A DNA stretch of 64,000 bases from the human T2T-CHM13v2.0 reference genome, Homo sapiens: contig CP068257.2 of NCBI GenBank assembly GCA_009914755.4, positions 11,712,001 to 11,776,000 of the forward strand. Direction: 5' to 3'. The notes beneath the pieces are model-generated. The model made no database searches. It worked only from the letters and a program-made list of their open reading frames with translations, and was not told the DNA's origin. The position numbers and the translations under genes were made by a program. This document shows positions 1 through 11,257 of the stretch, piece after piece. The stretch's first letter is position 1; each line of letters opens with the position of its first letter.

Positions 1-128
1 TTTTTTTGTAGGGACAGGGTCTTGCTATGTTACCCAGGCTGGTCTCAAACTCCTGGCCTCAAGAAATCCTCCCACCTGGGCCTCCCCAAGTGCTAGGATT
101 TACAGGCATGAGCCACCATGCCAAGCTC
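1..128 (-). mobile_element. Alu-family monomer/fragment (FLAM-like) in antisense orientation, truncated by the window edge
   Basis: Reverse complement reads gcttggcatggtggctcatgcctgtaaatcctagcacttggggaggcc...gaccctgtccctacaaaaaaa, i.e. an Alu left-monomer consensus with an A-tail. Confidence 0.6.
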
Positions 129-534
129 CCTTCCTCCCCTTTGTTCTCCTAACCCCATCTCAGCATCTGCCCCTGAGGACCAATGCAACAGGGCAATCAG
201 TACATCCATGGACTTCCCAACAGTCCTGTGGTGGACTAACCCAGGGGCAATGGTCACTGTCCCCTCTGGTGCATTCTTTGTCCCCATCAGCCTAGTAAGC
301 TCCAGGGGCTGGCAGCTGGCACAGAGTACGAGGCTGCACTCCTTGACCTTTCTATGCTGCACACAGTCCTGTGCCCATTCTGTCCTCAGATCTGCCGGGA
401 CCATGACCAACCTGCCAAGAGCGTGGGAATTGGTATGCGACCCAGCTCTAGGAGGAGGTGGAGCAAGCGAATGTAGGGGAAGCTGCTCACCCAGTAGGTT
501 TAGAGGGAGGGTGGGGTGGGGGCGCAGCAGGACC

Positions 535-875
535 AGGCAGGTGAGGGTGTGTGGGTGAGGGTGTGCCGGTGTGGGTAGGGGTGTGTGGGTGGGGGTGTGC
601 AGGTGGGGGTGTGTGGGTGGGGGTGTGCAGGTGGGGGTGTGTGGGTGGGGGTGTGTGGGTAGGGGTGTGTGGGTGAGGGTGTGCGGGTGAGGGTGTGTGG
701 GTGAGGGTGTGTGGGTGAGGGTGTGCGGGTGAGGGTGTGTGGGTGAGGGTGTGCGGGTGAGGGTGGGGGTCTGCGGCTGGGGGTGTGTGGGTGGGGGTGT
801 GTGGGTGTGGGTGAGGGTGTGTGGGTAGGGGTGTGTGGGTAGGGGTGGGTGGGTTAGGGTGTGAGTGCTGTTTGG
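535..875. repeat. G-rich minisatellite, ~20-22 bp unit GGGTGTGTGGGTGAGGGTGTGC, ~15 copies
   Basis: Direct reading shows tandem near-identical units with runs of GGG/GGGG on the plus strand. Confidence 0.85.
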
Positions 876-1548
876 CTCTTCTGGGTGGGGCTGGATGAAT
901 GTTTGGGCACCGGCAGCAGCTGTCACATGGCCTGGCTGCAGGTTTGGGACAGAAGCCAGGCAGGTGGGCTGTGTCAGGCACAGCTAGAAACTGTGCCAAG
1001 GAAGCAGACCAGAGCAGGGGCCAAGGGAAACCTCTGCCTTAGCAGAAGATACTGGGGAGACAGGATCAATCAGGGAGGTCTTTCAAGGCACATGGTGCTT
1101 CATGGAGCCAGGGCCCGGGACAGGGAGGGCTGTAACCCTGGCTTGCCTGATTGGCTGAGCACAGACAGATAGAAGAGGGTGTGGGCAGCCCGCTAGGTGG
1201 ATGCCTAAGTGAAGAAGGAATGGGTGGCCAGGTGACTGAGACCCCCAAGACCAGGACCCCACTGTCAGGTCTGTGGCTTCCAAACGCCTGTGGGAAGTGT
1301 TCCCCTTTGGACACTGAGACCATCAGCTTCAGCTTCACACACTTTTCCAGACAAAGTCCCGTAGGTAACCTCAAAAGTCACTTCTGGCCTTCCCCAGAGG
1401 GGAAAGGAGAGGGGTGCCTGTGGGGAGGTGACCCTCAGTGCTGGTGGAGGGCACAGCAGAGAGACTGCCTGCATATGGGAGGCCCCCAGCAAACCTTGCC
1501 CAGACGTCACCCCTCATTTGAGGCAAACTGTAAAATTATTACAATTTA

Positions 1549-1995
<447 letters not shown>

Positions 1996-3831
1996 AAAGC
2001 TATGTTCCTAACATTTTTCAAATGATAGTTCATACTAAAGAATGTTACCAATACTAATGCACAAAGCATTTTATAACTTTTAGACTATTAATAAAAGGTA
2101 AGACATGAAAACTGAAGTATTTGTAATCATGCTTAATACTGGAAGTTCCTATACCTGCAATGTAGCAGCTAATTATACAAAAATTTAATAAATGACAAAA
2201 TAAAATTTTGCAAACAGATTTGTAAAAACCAGAAAGATATTTGTATTGGCAATTAATGTAACATAATTAAAAATAATTTATTATGGTCATCTGCTAAATG
2301 CTAATTAATGTAAAATGTTAAAAGATTATTTTAATTATGACATCTTAACTTTTAATGGCTTTAAATATTATAAATATAAAAAACGGGTTTCTAAATTTAA
2401 AAGAAGAATGACTAAATTTTTCAGAATTATTTCATATTTCTTGTCATACAACATAAGAACACCATCCATGTTTCCTTTTAGATTAGGAACCCTCCCTTAT
2501 TATCTCACTGAAAGGAGAATGCTTGAAGGTGCTAGTAAGATGACTGTCTAAGGACTCCAGAACTGAATAAATTGTTTTGTGGCAATGCATGTCACTTCCC
2601 TAACTCAACTGGAAAAGGAGACAAAAACCTAGTGTTTTCAACCCTCAAGCTAGCAAGAAAACACAGCCCAGGTAAGCTCATCTCTTCTCCAATGGAGCTG
2701 GAGTCTACTCAACAAGAGGCGACCATTTAGAATAGAATTGTTCAGAAATTTGCTAACAACAAGCAGCCAACATAGACACATTCTCCTTAAATCTAAAATT
2801 CCCTTTTCCCCCACTAGGGTGCCTGAGGGGCATGTAGCAAAAGTGATCCCAACCACACCACACAAACTAGCCAGGAAACCTTTTTGCCTTCACACATCTG
2901 AGAGTCCGTGAGAAGCCAGAGACAACACGGAGGCAGCAGAACACCAACAGAAGAGTCCCAGCATCACTTCCTGGCCATAGAAGCCCTCCTGAGCAGCAGG
3001 CAGAACAGAATCCGCTATAGCAATCAGCCTGCCGGAGAAGCCTCTGCCCCTGTGGCCTGAGGTTCCAGTTTCCCCAGGTGACACCATGGGCAGGTGGGCT
3101 GAAGAAGTGGGAAGGTCAAATCAACTGGCCCAGCCAGGATGCCTCTTTGATGATACAAGTGATACTGGTCTAAGCCTCGCCTCTTCCACAGGGGAAACTA
3201 GGTGGCCTAAAGGGTGCCCAGAGGCAGGGGACCTGCCACAGCAGCCACCTTCCTGAGAGGTTCCCTTTCTTCCCCTTGGTGAACTCCCTCCAACACACAG
3301 CTTGCCAGGAAAGCACCCTGTGTCTTACATGGGGGGATCCCACGACACCAAAACCCAGGAAAGAAGCCTTTTGTCCCTTAAGGGTTATCACAACCAAAAA
3401 CAAAAAGATACACAAATAGTAAGCCCCTAAATTCTGTTAAGAACGAAACAATGCTGCCACTCACACCTGGCTCAGATGCCAGCAGAAGGAGGGCACCCTC
3501 CAGAGACTGCAGGAGAAGGGGGAGGACTCCTCCTTGCCCTGGCTGCACCTCCACCGTCACTGAGGCCTGTGGTACAGAACCAGCAGCTTCTTACACACCC
3601 CAGGCTGGGCCGGGCCCCAAAGCCCTCCTACTCCCCCTTCCTGGCCCCTAGACTTGCTGCTGCTGCCACCATTAGCACCGACGCCAAAGGAACCAGCGCT
3701 GCTGTCACCCTCCATGCACCTGCCCACCCTCCAAGGCTCCTACCACTTGGCCTCCACAGGTACCCTCCTACTGCTCCTGTTGAGCTGCCGTCTCCATCAC
3801 CATGGCTGCCACAACCATAGGAGATGAATCA

Positions 3832-3933
<102 letters not shown>

Positions 3934-4439
3934 CTACAACAGGATGCAGAAAGTGACAGTGTTAGAGCCTCACCTTGTCATGCTGGCCACTGGGTGGCTG
4001 GGGCCAGTTTTGGCGAAGGCACTCACACCCACCCTCCAAAGTCCAGCCTCTCCGCCTAGACCAAGCTGGCCTCCTGACCTGGGGTGGGGACTGGAGACAC
4101 CACAGTGCCCGGGGCTCCCTGGGGAGCAAGAATAGCAGAAACTCAGACCCAGCCAGTCCTCCCCACCCAAGTACCAGTTCCCATTCCTGACTCCTCCACC
4201 CACAGGACCCTGAGCCCCCATGGTGCCCACTACTCCATGCCTGGGGCTCCCAGATGGTCTCCACAACACAGAGCAAGAGGGCAAGGGCCGGGTAACCATG
4301 GTGGGTGCAAGGGCTCTGTGGTGGTCAGAGGATTGCCGTGAAAACTCTGTGCACCCTCTGCACTCCAACACAAGCAGAAGTTGTTCACCCTCTAGAGCCT
4401 TGAGTCCAGGAAGAGGAGAAGGGCCCCTTCCTCAGAGGC

Positions 4440-5300
4440 CACCACTGTCATGGCCACCTCCACAACCTGCTGCTGGCAGCAGCAGTGCAGCCTCCCCCCA
4501 TACCACCCCTAACCTGCCCCCCCCACCACAAGCTTAGCCCCCGGATTGTGCCCGCAACACACCCAGAGACTGCTGCAGGCAGTGTAACCCTGAGCGCCCC
4601 CAAACCACCCCTGGTGGACACTTGATAGTGTCCATAACCCATCCCTGCCACGGGTGTTGCAGCACCAAATAGTGCCCCATCAAACCCGCCCCCAACCCGG
4701 ACCAAAAGCAGCACAGCCCCAGATAGCACCCCAAATCTGCTCCTGTCGCGGGCAGTGAACGCCCGGGGTACTGCACCCAGCCAACCCCCCGACCCCACCT
4801 TCCCCTTTCCCCCATGGACAATGCAACATTTGACAGCTCCCCTAAAGCACCCCCGACTGCCTGCCAGTTGGCATTGTTGCTGACATTGTAGCTCATGATA
4901 GCTAACCCAACCTGCCCCCTGCATTGGCCAGTGCAGCAGCTAATAATTCCCCTAACCCCCCACTACCCGCCGCTGGCAGTGCACGACAGCGCACACAACC
5001 TGCCTCCAACCGCCTGCCACCTTAGACAGTGTAGACCCTGATAGCGCAGTGAACCTGCCCCACTGCCAGCAATTCAATGCCCGATAGCGCCACCCACTAG
5101 CCCCCTGCGGCAGGCAGTGCAGACCCAAAAGCACACCAAACCCACTCCCCCACCACCCCACAAGCGGGCAGTGCAGCTGCAGAGAGCGCACCTACCCTGC
5201 CATCTTTCTACTACTCTAACAGAGATGCAGTCTCCGTTGCCATCACCAACCGCAACCAGGCGAGCCGTGGTGGCCAAGGCTCCAGCTGCCAGCATTGGGC
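4440..5300. repeat. Degenerate C-rich tandem repeat (~50-60 bp units containing GCAGTGCA ... GATAGCGC ... CCCC motifs)
   Basis: The motifs cagtgcag, gatagcgc/gatagcac and C-runs recur at roughly regular spacing. The unit boundaries are fuzzy. Confidence 0.4.
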
Positions 5301-5339
5301 ACGGTCCCCACCTTCTCCTAGACCTCTAGTTGGTCAAGA

Positions 5340-5530
5340 GCAACTCCAGCTGCCAGCCACCCTCCTACAGCTCAGGCTGCACTCCTACCGCCCCGGCTGC
5401 CATCTTACTGCTCCAGCCTCCCGCCTACCACTCCGGCCATGATCTTACTGCTCCAGCCCCCCTCCTACCGCTCAGGCCGCCCTCCTACCGCTCAGGCCAC
5501 CCTCCTAACACTCCAGCCACACTGCCATCT
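5340..5530. repeat. ~20-bp tandem repeat CCTCCTACCGCTCAGGCCRC, ~9 copies
   Basis: ctcctacagctcaggctgcactcctaccgccccggctgccatcttactgctccagcctcccgcctaccactccggcc... repeated. Confidence 0.75.
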
Positions 5531-5711
5531 CTGTTGCCACCACCATCCAGAGTGAGACGAGCCACAGTGTTACAGGCTCCAGCCTCCAGCTCCCCCTTCT
5601 CCTGGTCCTCTAAGCCGGGAACAGAGTAGCTTGGCTGGAGATACTGGAGAGCCTAAACTGGCATGAGGCCTCCTCAGCATGCACGTGGGGTTACACACAT
5701 GGTTTCTGGAC

Positions 5712-5870
5712 TACATGTTCTGATTGGGTGGGAGAAAACCTCTAGGCCTTCTCTGATTGGACTTTATTTTCATACTCTGATTGGTTGTCCTAAGACTTTC
5801 TTTCATCCAATCAGAACATGATAACAAAGTCCAATCAGAGTAGGCCTCCGGGCTTTCTCTTATCCAATCC
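5712..5870. promoter_or_regulatory. Cluster of five CCAAT/ATTGG boxes arranged as an imperfect ~34-bp inverted repeat
   Basis: ctgattgg x3 at 5712-5790 and ccaatcag x2 + ccaatcc at 5800-5870. The arm ctctgattggactttattttcatactctgattgg is roughly the reverse complement of ccaatcagaacatgataacaaagtccaatcagag. Confidence 0.3.
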
Positions 5871-5989
5871 TGGAACGTGTAGTCCAGGAAAGGCATATTC
5901 ATAACCTCAGTACATAAATGGTGCTGAAGAAGAGTCAGGCTATTCCAGGTTCTTCTGTATCTGCTCACCGAGCTGCTCCAAGCCCGGCT

Positions 5990-7380
5990 TAGAGGACCAG
6001 GACAGACTGGAGGCTGTAGCCTGTGGCACCATGGCTGGCCTCCCTGCAGTTGGTGGTGACAGAGACTGTAGTGTGGCTGGAGCGGTAGGAAGGGGAAAAT
6101 AGTTTTGGGATAGATGAAAGGGTAAAGAGGGTGGTTAGTGCCAAAAGGAAAAAAGGATGGCGAGCTGGAGAAGGCATTGCATAAAGACGGTGAGAAAAAG
6201 ATGTTGGGAAAAAAAAAATTGGGGGTAGATGGAGGGGGAAAAACAGTGTAGTGAACAGGAGGGACAGAAGGTTTCACAGAAAGATGGTAGGGAAAAAGTT
6301 TTTGGGTAGATGGAAGGGGGTAAGAGAGGGTCGTGAGTGGGGAATGGGGATGAGCAGGAAGGAGAGAAGGTTTGCAAAAATACGGTGGGGAGAGAAGAAA
6401 GGGAAAGAAGACTGTAGGTAAAAAGATTTTGAGTAGATGGAGGGGGGAAAAGGGTGACAAGTGGAAGGAGAAAAGAGGGTGCAGAGAGGGAGGGGGAAGA
6501 GAGAGTGGCGAGCAGGAGGGAGAGAAGGTTTTGTGAAAAGACAGTGAGGAGAGAAGCTTTTAGGTAGATGGAGAGGGAAAAGAGGGTGGCCAGTGGGAGA
6601 AGGATAAAGAGGGTGGCGAGGAGGAAAGTGAAAAGGTTTTGCGAAAAGACGATAGGCAGAAAAGAAAGTGTAGAAAGAAAAGACAGTGGGTAAAAAGTGT
6701 TTGGGTAGATGGAGGGAGAAAAGAGGGTGGCAAGTGGGAGGAGAATAGAAAGTGTGGCCAGAGGGAGTGGGGAAAGAGGACTGGGAAAAAGGCAATGGGG
6801 AAAATAGTTCGGGGTAGATGGAAGGCAAAAAGAGGGTGGCAAGCAGGACAGAGGAAAGAAGAGGGTGAGCGGGAAGCGGGGAAGGCTTTGTGAAAAGGTG
6901 GCAGGGAAAAAATTGGGGAGGTAGATGGGTTAAAAGAGCGTGGTGAGCAGGAGTAGAGAAGAGGCTTTGCAAAAAGACGGTGGGAAAATGTTTTTGGTAG
7001 ATGGAGAAGGGAAAGGGTGGCAAGGAGGACGGGAGAAAAAGACGATAGGGAAACAGTTTTTGGGTAGATGGAAGGGGAAAGAGAGGGTGGCGAGCAGCAG
7101 GAGTGGGGAGAAGGCTTTGGGAAAAGATGAGGGAAATGTTTTTGGGGAGATGAAGGAGCAAAAGAGGATGATGAGAGCGGGAGGTGGAAAAAAGGCTGGC
7201 CAGGGTGAGGGAGAAAAGACGGTGGGGAAAAGTTTTGGGGTAGATGGGTGGGGAAAACGGAAGTGAGCGGTATAGTATAGAAGGCTTTGCAAAAAGGCAG
7301 TGGGGAAAAAATGGTGGGGAAAAAGTTTTGAGGTAGATGGAGGAAGAAAAAGGGTGGTGAGAGAGGGAGCCAAAGATGGT
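5990..7380. repeat. Purine-rich minisatellite, ~70 bp (sometimes doubled) unit containing GGTAGATGGAGGGGGAAAAGAGGGTGGC ... GTTTTGCAAAAAGACGGTGGG, at least 12 copies
   Basis: The motif g[gt]tagatgga[ag]gg recurs at 6307, 6432, 6563, 6706, 6815, 6920, 6996, 7062, 7147, 7240 and 7333. Confidence 0.85.
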
Positions 7381-7461
7381 CAGGGAAAATATTCCTCCTG
7401 TTACTGATTTTTTAATACTCTTCCACTCTGCTCAGAAAAAATAACTGATATGATTTCAGGG

Positions 7462-7769
7462 TTTTTTTGTTTTGGTTTGGTTTGGTTTGGTTTTCTGAGA
7501 CGGAGTCTTGCTCTGTTGCCCAGGCTGGAGTGCAGTGGTGTGATCTTGGCAAACTGCCACCTCCACCTCCCCGGTTCAAGCCATTCTTTTGACTCAGCCT
7601 CCTGAGTAGCTGGGATTACAGGCATGCACCACGATGCCCAGCTAATTTTGCATTTTTAGTTCTAAATGGGGTTTCTCCATGTTGGTCAGGCTGGTCCTGA
7701 CCTCTGTTGATTGGCCCACCTCTGCCTTCCAAAGTGCTGGGATTACAGGTTTGAGCCACTGCACCTGGC
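7462..7769 (-). mobile_element. Alu element, full length, antisense; a (TTTGG)n tract derives from its A-tail
   Basis: tttggtttggtttggttttctgagacggagtcttgctctgttgcccaggctggagtgcagtgg ... gctgggattacaggtttgagccactgcacctggc. Confidence 0.9.
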
Positions 7770-7770
7770 A

Positions 7771-8275
7771 AGGATGTTGAATTTTATTGAATATTTTTTT
7801 CTGCATCTATTGAGATAATCATATGATTTTTGTTTTAAATTCTGTTTATATGGTAAATCACATTTATTGATTTGCATATGTTAAATAGTCCTTGCATCCC
7901 AGGAATAAAACCCATGTAATCATGATGAATTACATCTTTGATATGCTGATGGATTTGGTTTGCTAGCATTTTGTTGAGGATATTTGCATCTATGTTCATC
8001 AGATATTGGCCTGTAGTTTGTTGTTGTTGTTTCCTTGCTAGATTTTAGTGTCAGGATGATACTGGTTTTGTAGAATGAGTTAGAGAGGAATTCCTTCTCC
8101 TCAATGTTTTAGAATGGTTGCAGTAAGATTGATACCATCTATTTTTTTGTGTGCTTGGTAAAATTCAGCTGTGAATTCATCTAGTCCTGGGCTTCTCCTG
8201 CCTGATAAATATTTTTATTACAAGTTCAATTTCATAATTAACTACTGGTCTGTTCAGATTTTTTTAAATTTATAG
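7771..8275 (-). mobile_element. Older L1 fragment (ORF2 RT region), antisense
   Basis: T-rich strand homologous to the reverse complement of the L1 ORF2 segment seen in sense at 47570-47990 (e.g. ttgcatcccaggaataaaacccat ... gatggatttggtttgctagcattttgttgaggatatttgcatctatgttcatcag). Confidence 0.7.
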
Positions 8276-9255
8276 AGAAAAAATATTTATTTGGTTTATA
8301 GTTGTGCAGGCAGTAGAAGCATGGGACCAGCACCTGCTCAGGTTTGGGTGAGACCTCAGAAAGCATCCAATCACAGAGGAAGGCAAAGTGAGGGCCAGTG
8401 TATCACGTGTCAAGAGAGAAATGAATAGCAAGAAGGGGAACATGGCAGGCTATTTTAAACAACCAGCTCTCGTGTGACACAACAGAGCAAGGACTCGCTC
8501 ATCACCAAGGGGATGGAGCTAAGCAAATTATGAAGGGTCCACCCCCATGATTCAACACCTTCCACTAGGCCCACCACCAACGTTTAAGATCACATTCAGC
8601 AAGAGATTTGGAGGGTAAACACATCCAAACAATGTCATTTCACCCCTATGCCCCCCAAATCTCATGTCCTTCTCATATTGCACAATACAATTATCCTCTC
8701 TCAGTAGTCCCCAAAAATCTCAAGCTGTTTCAGCATCAACTCAAAAGTCCGAAATCTCATCTGAGCTTCAAGGTACGTTCCTCCATCTGTGAGCCTATAA
8801 GATCAAAACCAAGGTATTTGCTTCCAATATTCAATGCAGTACAGGTGTTGGGTAAATATTCCAATTCCCAAATGGCAAAGTTGGGCAAAAGAAAGGGGCA
8901 ACAGACCTCAGGCAAATCGGAAACCCAGTAGGGCAAACATTAAACCTTCAAGCTCCAAAATAATTCTTGAGTTCATGTCCCGCATCCAGGGCACACTTGT
9001 GCAAGGGGTGGGTTCCCAAGACCTTATGCAGCTCTGCCTCTGTGGCTTTGCAGTGTACAGTCACCATGGCTGCTGTCTTGGATCAGAGTTGAGTGCCTGT
9101 GGTATTTCTAGGCTCAGGATGAAAGCTTCCCGTGGCTCTACCATTCAGGGATCTTGACGTGGCGGCCCCATTCCCACAGCTCCTGTAGGTAGTGCCCCAG
9201 TGGGGACTCTGTGTGGAGGCTTCAATCCCATATTTCCTGTTGGCACTGCCCTAGT
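8276..9255 (-). mobile_element. MaLR (THE1/MST-like) LTR plus internal sequence, antisense, inserted into the L1
   Basis: Reverse complement begins with a THE1-like LTR start (tgacattgtttggatgtgtttaccctccaaatctc...) and ends in the LTR tail ...ctataaattt. Internal part matches the THE1-int motif cccactggggcactacctacaggagctgtg. Confidence 0.6.
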
Positions 9256-10829
9256 GGACTTTTGATTTCTTTCTGATTCAGTCTTGGAAGGTTGTGTGTT
9301 TCCAGGAATTTATCCATTTTCTCTAGGTTTTCTAGTTTATGCACACAAAGATATTCTGAGGATCTTTTTTTGTGTCAGTGGTATCCTTTGCAATGTCTCA
9401 TTTGTAATTTTTGATTGTGCTTATTGGAATCTTCTTTTTTCTTGTATAATCTAACTAGCAATCTATCATTTTTATGTGTCCTTGCAAAGAACCAACTTTT
9501 TAATTTTGCTGATTCCTTGTATGGTTTTTTTGGTCCCAATTTCATTAACTTATTCTCTAACCTTTGTTATTTCCTTCTACTAGCTTTGGGTTTGGTTTGT
9601 TCTTTTCTAGTGTGTTTGGCTATTTTAGCTTGTTAATTTGAGATCTTTCTCTCTTTTTATGTAGGCATTTAGTGTTATAAACTCTCCTCTTAACATTGTT
9701 TTTTCTGTATCCCAGACGTTTTGGTATGTTATGTTTCTATTTTCATTTGTTTCAGGAATTTCTTTAAATTTCTGCCTTAATTCTGTTATTTACACAAAAG
9801 TCCTTCAGGAGCAGATTGTTTAGTTTCCATGTACCTCTGTGGTTCTGAGAGTTCTTGATATTGACTTCTAATTTTATTCCACAGTGGTCCGAGAAGATAC
9901 TTAATATAGTTGTGATTTTTAAAAATTTACTGAGGCTTATTTTATGACTGAGCATGTGGTCAATTTTAGAGAATGTTCCATGTGCAAATGAGAAAAATGT
10001 ACATTCTGTGGTTTCTGCATGGAGTATTCTGTAGATATCTATTAGGTCTGTTTGGTCAAGGGCCCAATTTGAGTCCACAGTTTCATTGTTAGTTTTCTGC
10101 CTAATAATCTGCCTAACTAATCTGCTTACTGCTGTCGGTGGGGTGTTGAAGTCCTCCATGATTATTGTACAGCTGTGTATCTCTTTTCTTAGGTCTAGTA
10201 ATATTTATTCTAAAAATCTGGGTGCTCTAATGTTGGCTGCATATATATTTAAGACAGTTAAGTCTTCTCGTTGAATTGAACACTCCATCATTATATAATG
10301 TCATTCTTTGTATTTCTTTTTACTGTTGTTAGTTTAATGTCTGTTTTATCTGATACAAGAATAGCAATACCTCTCGTTTTTTGTTTTTCATTTATGTGAT
10401 GAATATTTTTCCATCCATTTACTTTGAGCCTGTTGGTATCATTACACATGAGATGGGTCTCTCAAAGGCAGCAGAAGTGTCTTCTTTTTTTATCCAGTTT
10501 GCCACTTTGTGTCTATTCAGTGGAGCATTTCAGCCATTTACATTCAAGCTTAATATTGATGTGTTAGGTTTTCTTCCTTTTATAGCGTTAGCTAGTTACC
10601 TTGTAGTCTCAATTGTTTAATTGCTTTATAGGTTCTGTACATTTTGTATTCATGTATGCTTTTATGGTAGCAAGTATCATTCTTTTATTTTCACGAGCCA
10701 AACTCCTTTAAACATTTCTTTTAGAGTCAGTCTGGAGGTAACGACTTCCTTTAGCATTTTCTTGTCTGGAAATACCTTATTTTCCTTTCTTTATGAAGCT
10801 CAGTCTGGCAGGTTATGAAATTCTTGCAT
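9256..10829 (-). mobile_element. Older L1 fragment (ORF2 5' part through ORF1 3' region), antisense. Same element as 7771-8275
   Basis: gtttccaggaatttatccattttctctaggttttctagtttatgc ... ctttctttatgaagctcagtctggcaggttatgaaattcttg is collinear with the reverse complement of L1. Confidence 0.75.

Positions 10830-11257
<428 letters not shown>

Noticed and set aside
93-999. Long minus-strand ORFs (277 aa and 170 aa) rich in P/T/H
   Set aside because: They exactly overlay the 20-bp G-rich minisatellite. The periodic amino-acid pattern is a repeat translation artefact
5711-7373. ORFs of 235-295 aa on the minus strand
   Set aside because: These are translations of the ~70-bp minisatellite (FPLPSTQKLFPY... 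periodicity), with no splice signals or homology
8608-9157. Two 107-aa plus-strand ORFs
   Set aside because: They lie within the antisense MaLR (THE1/MST-like) internal region and are TE-derived, not host coding
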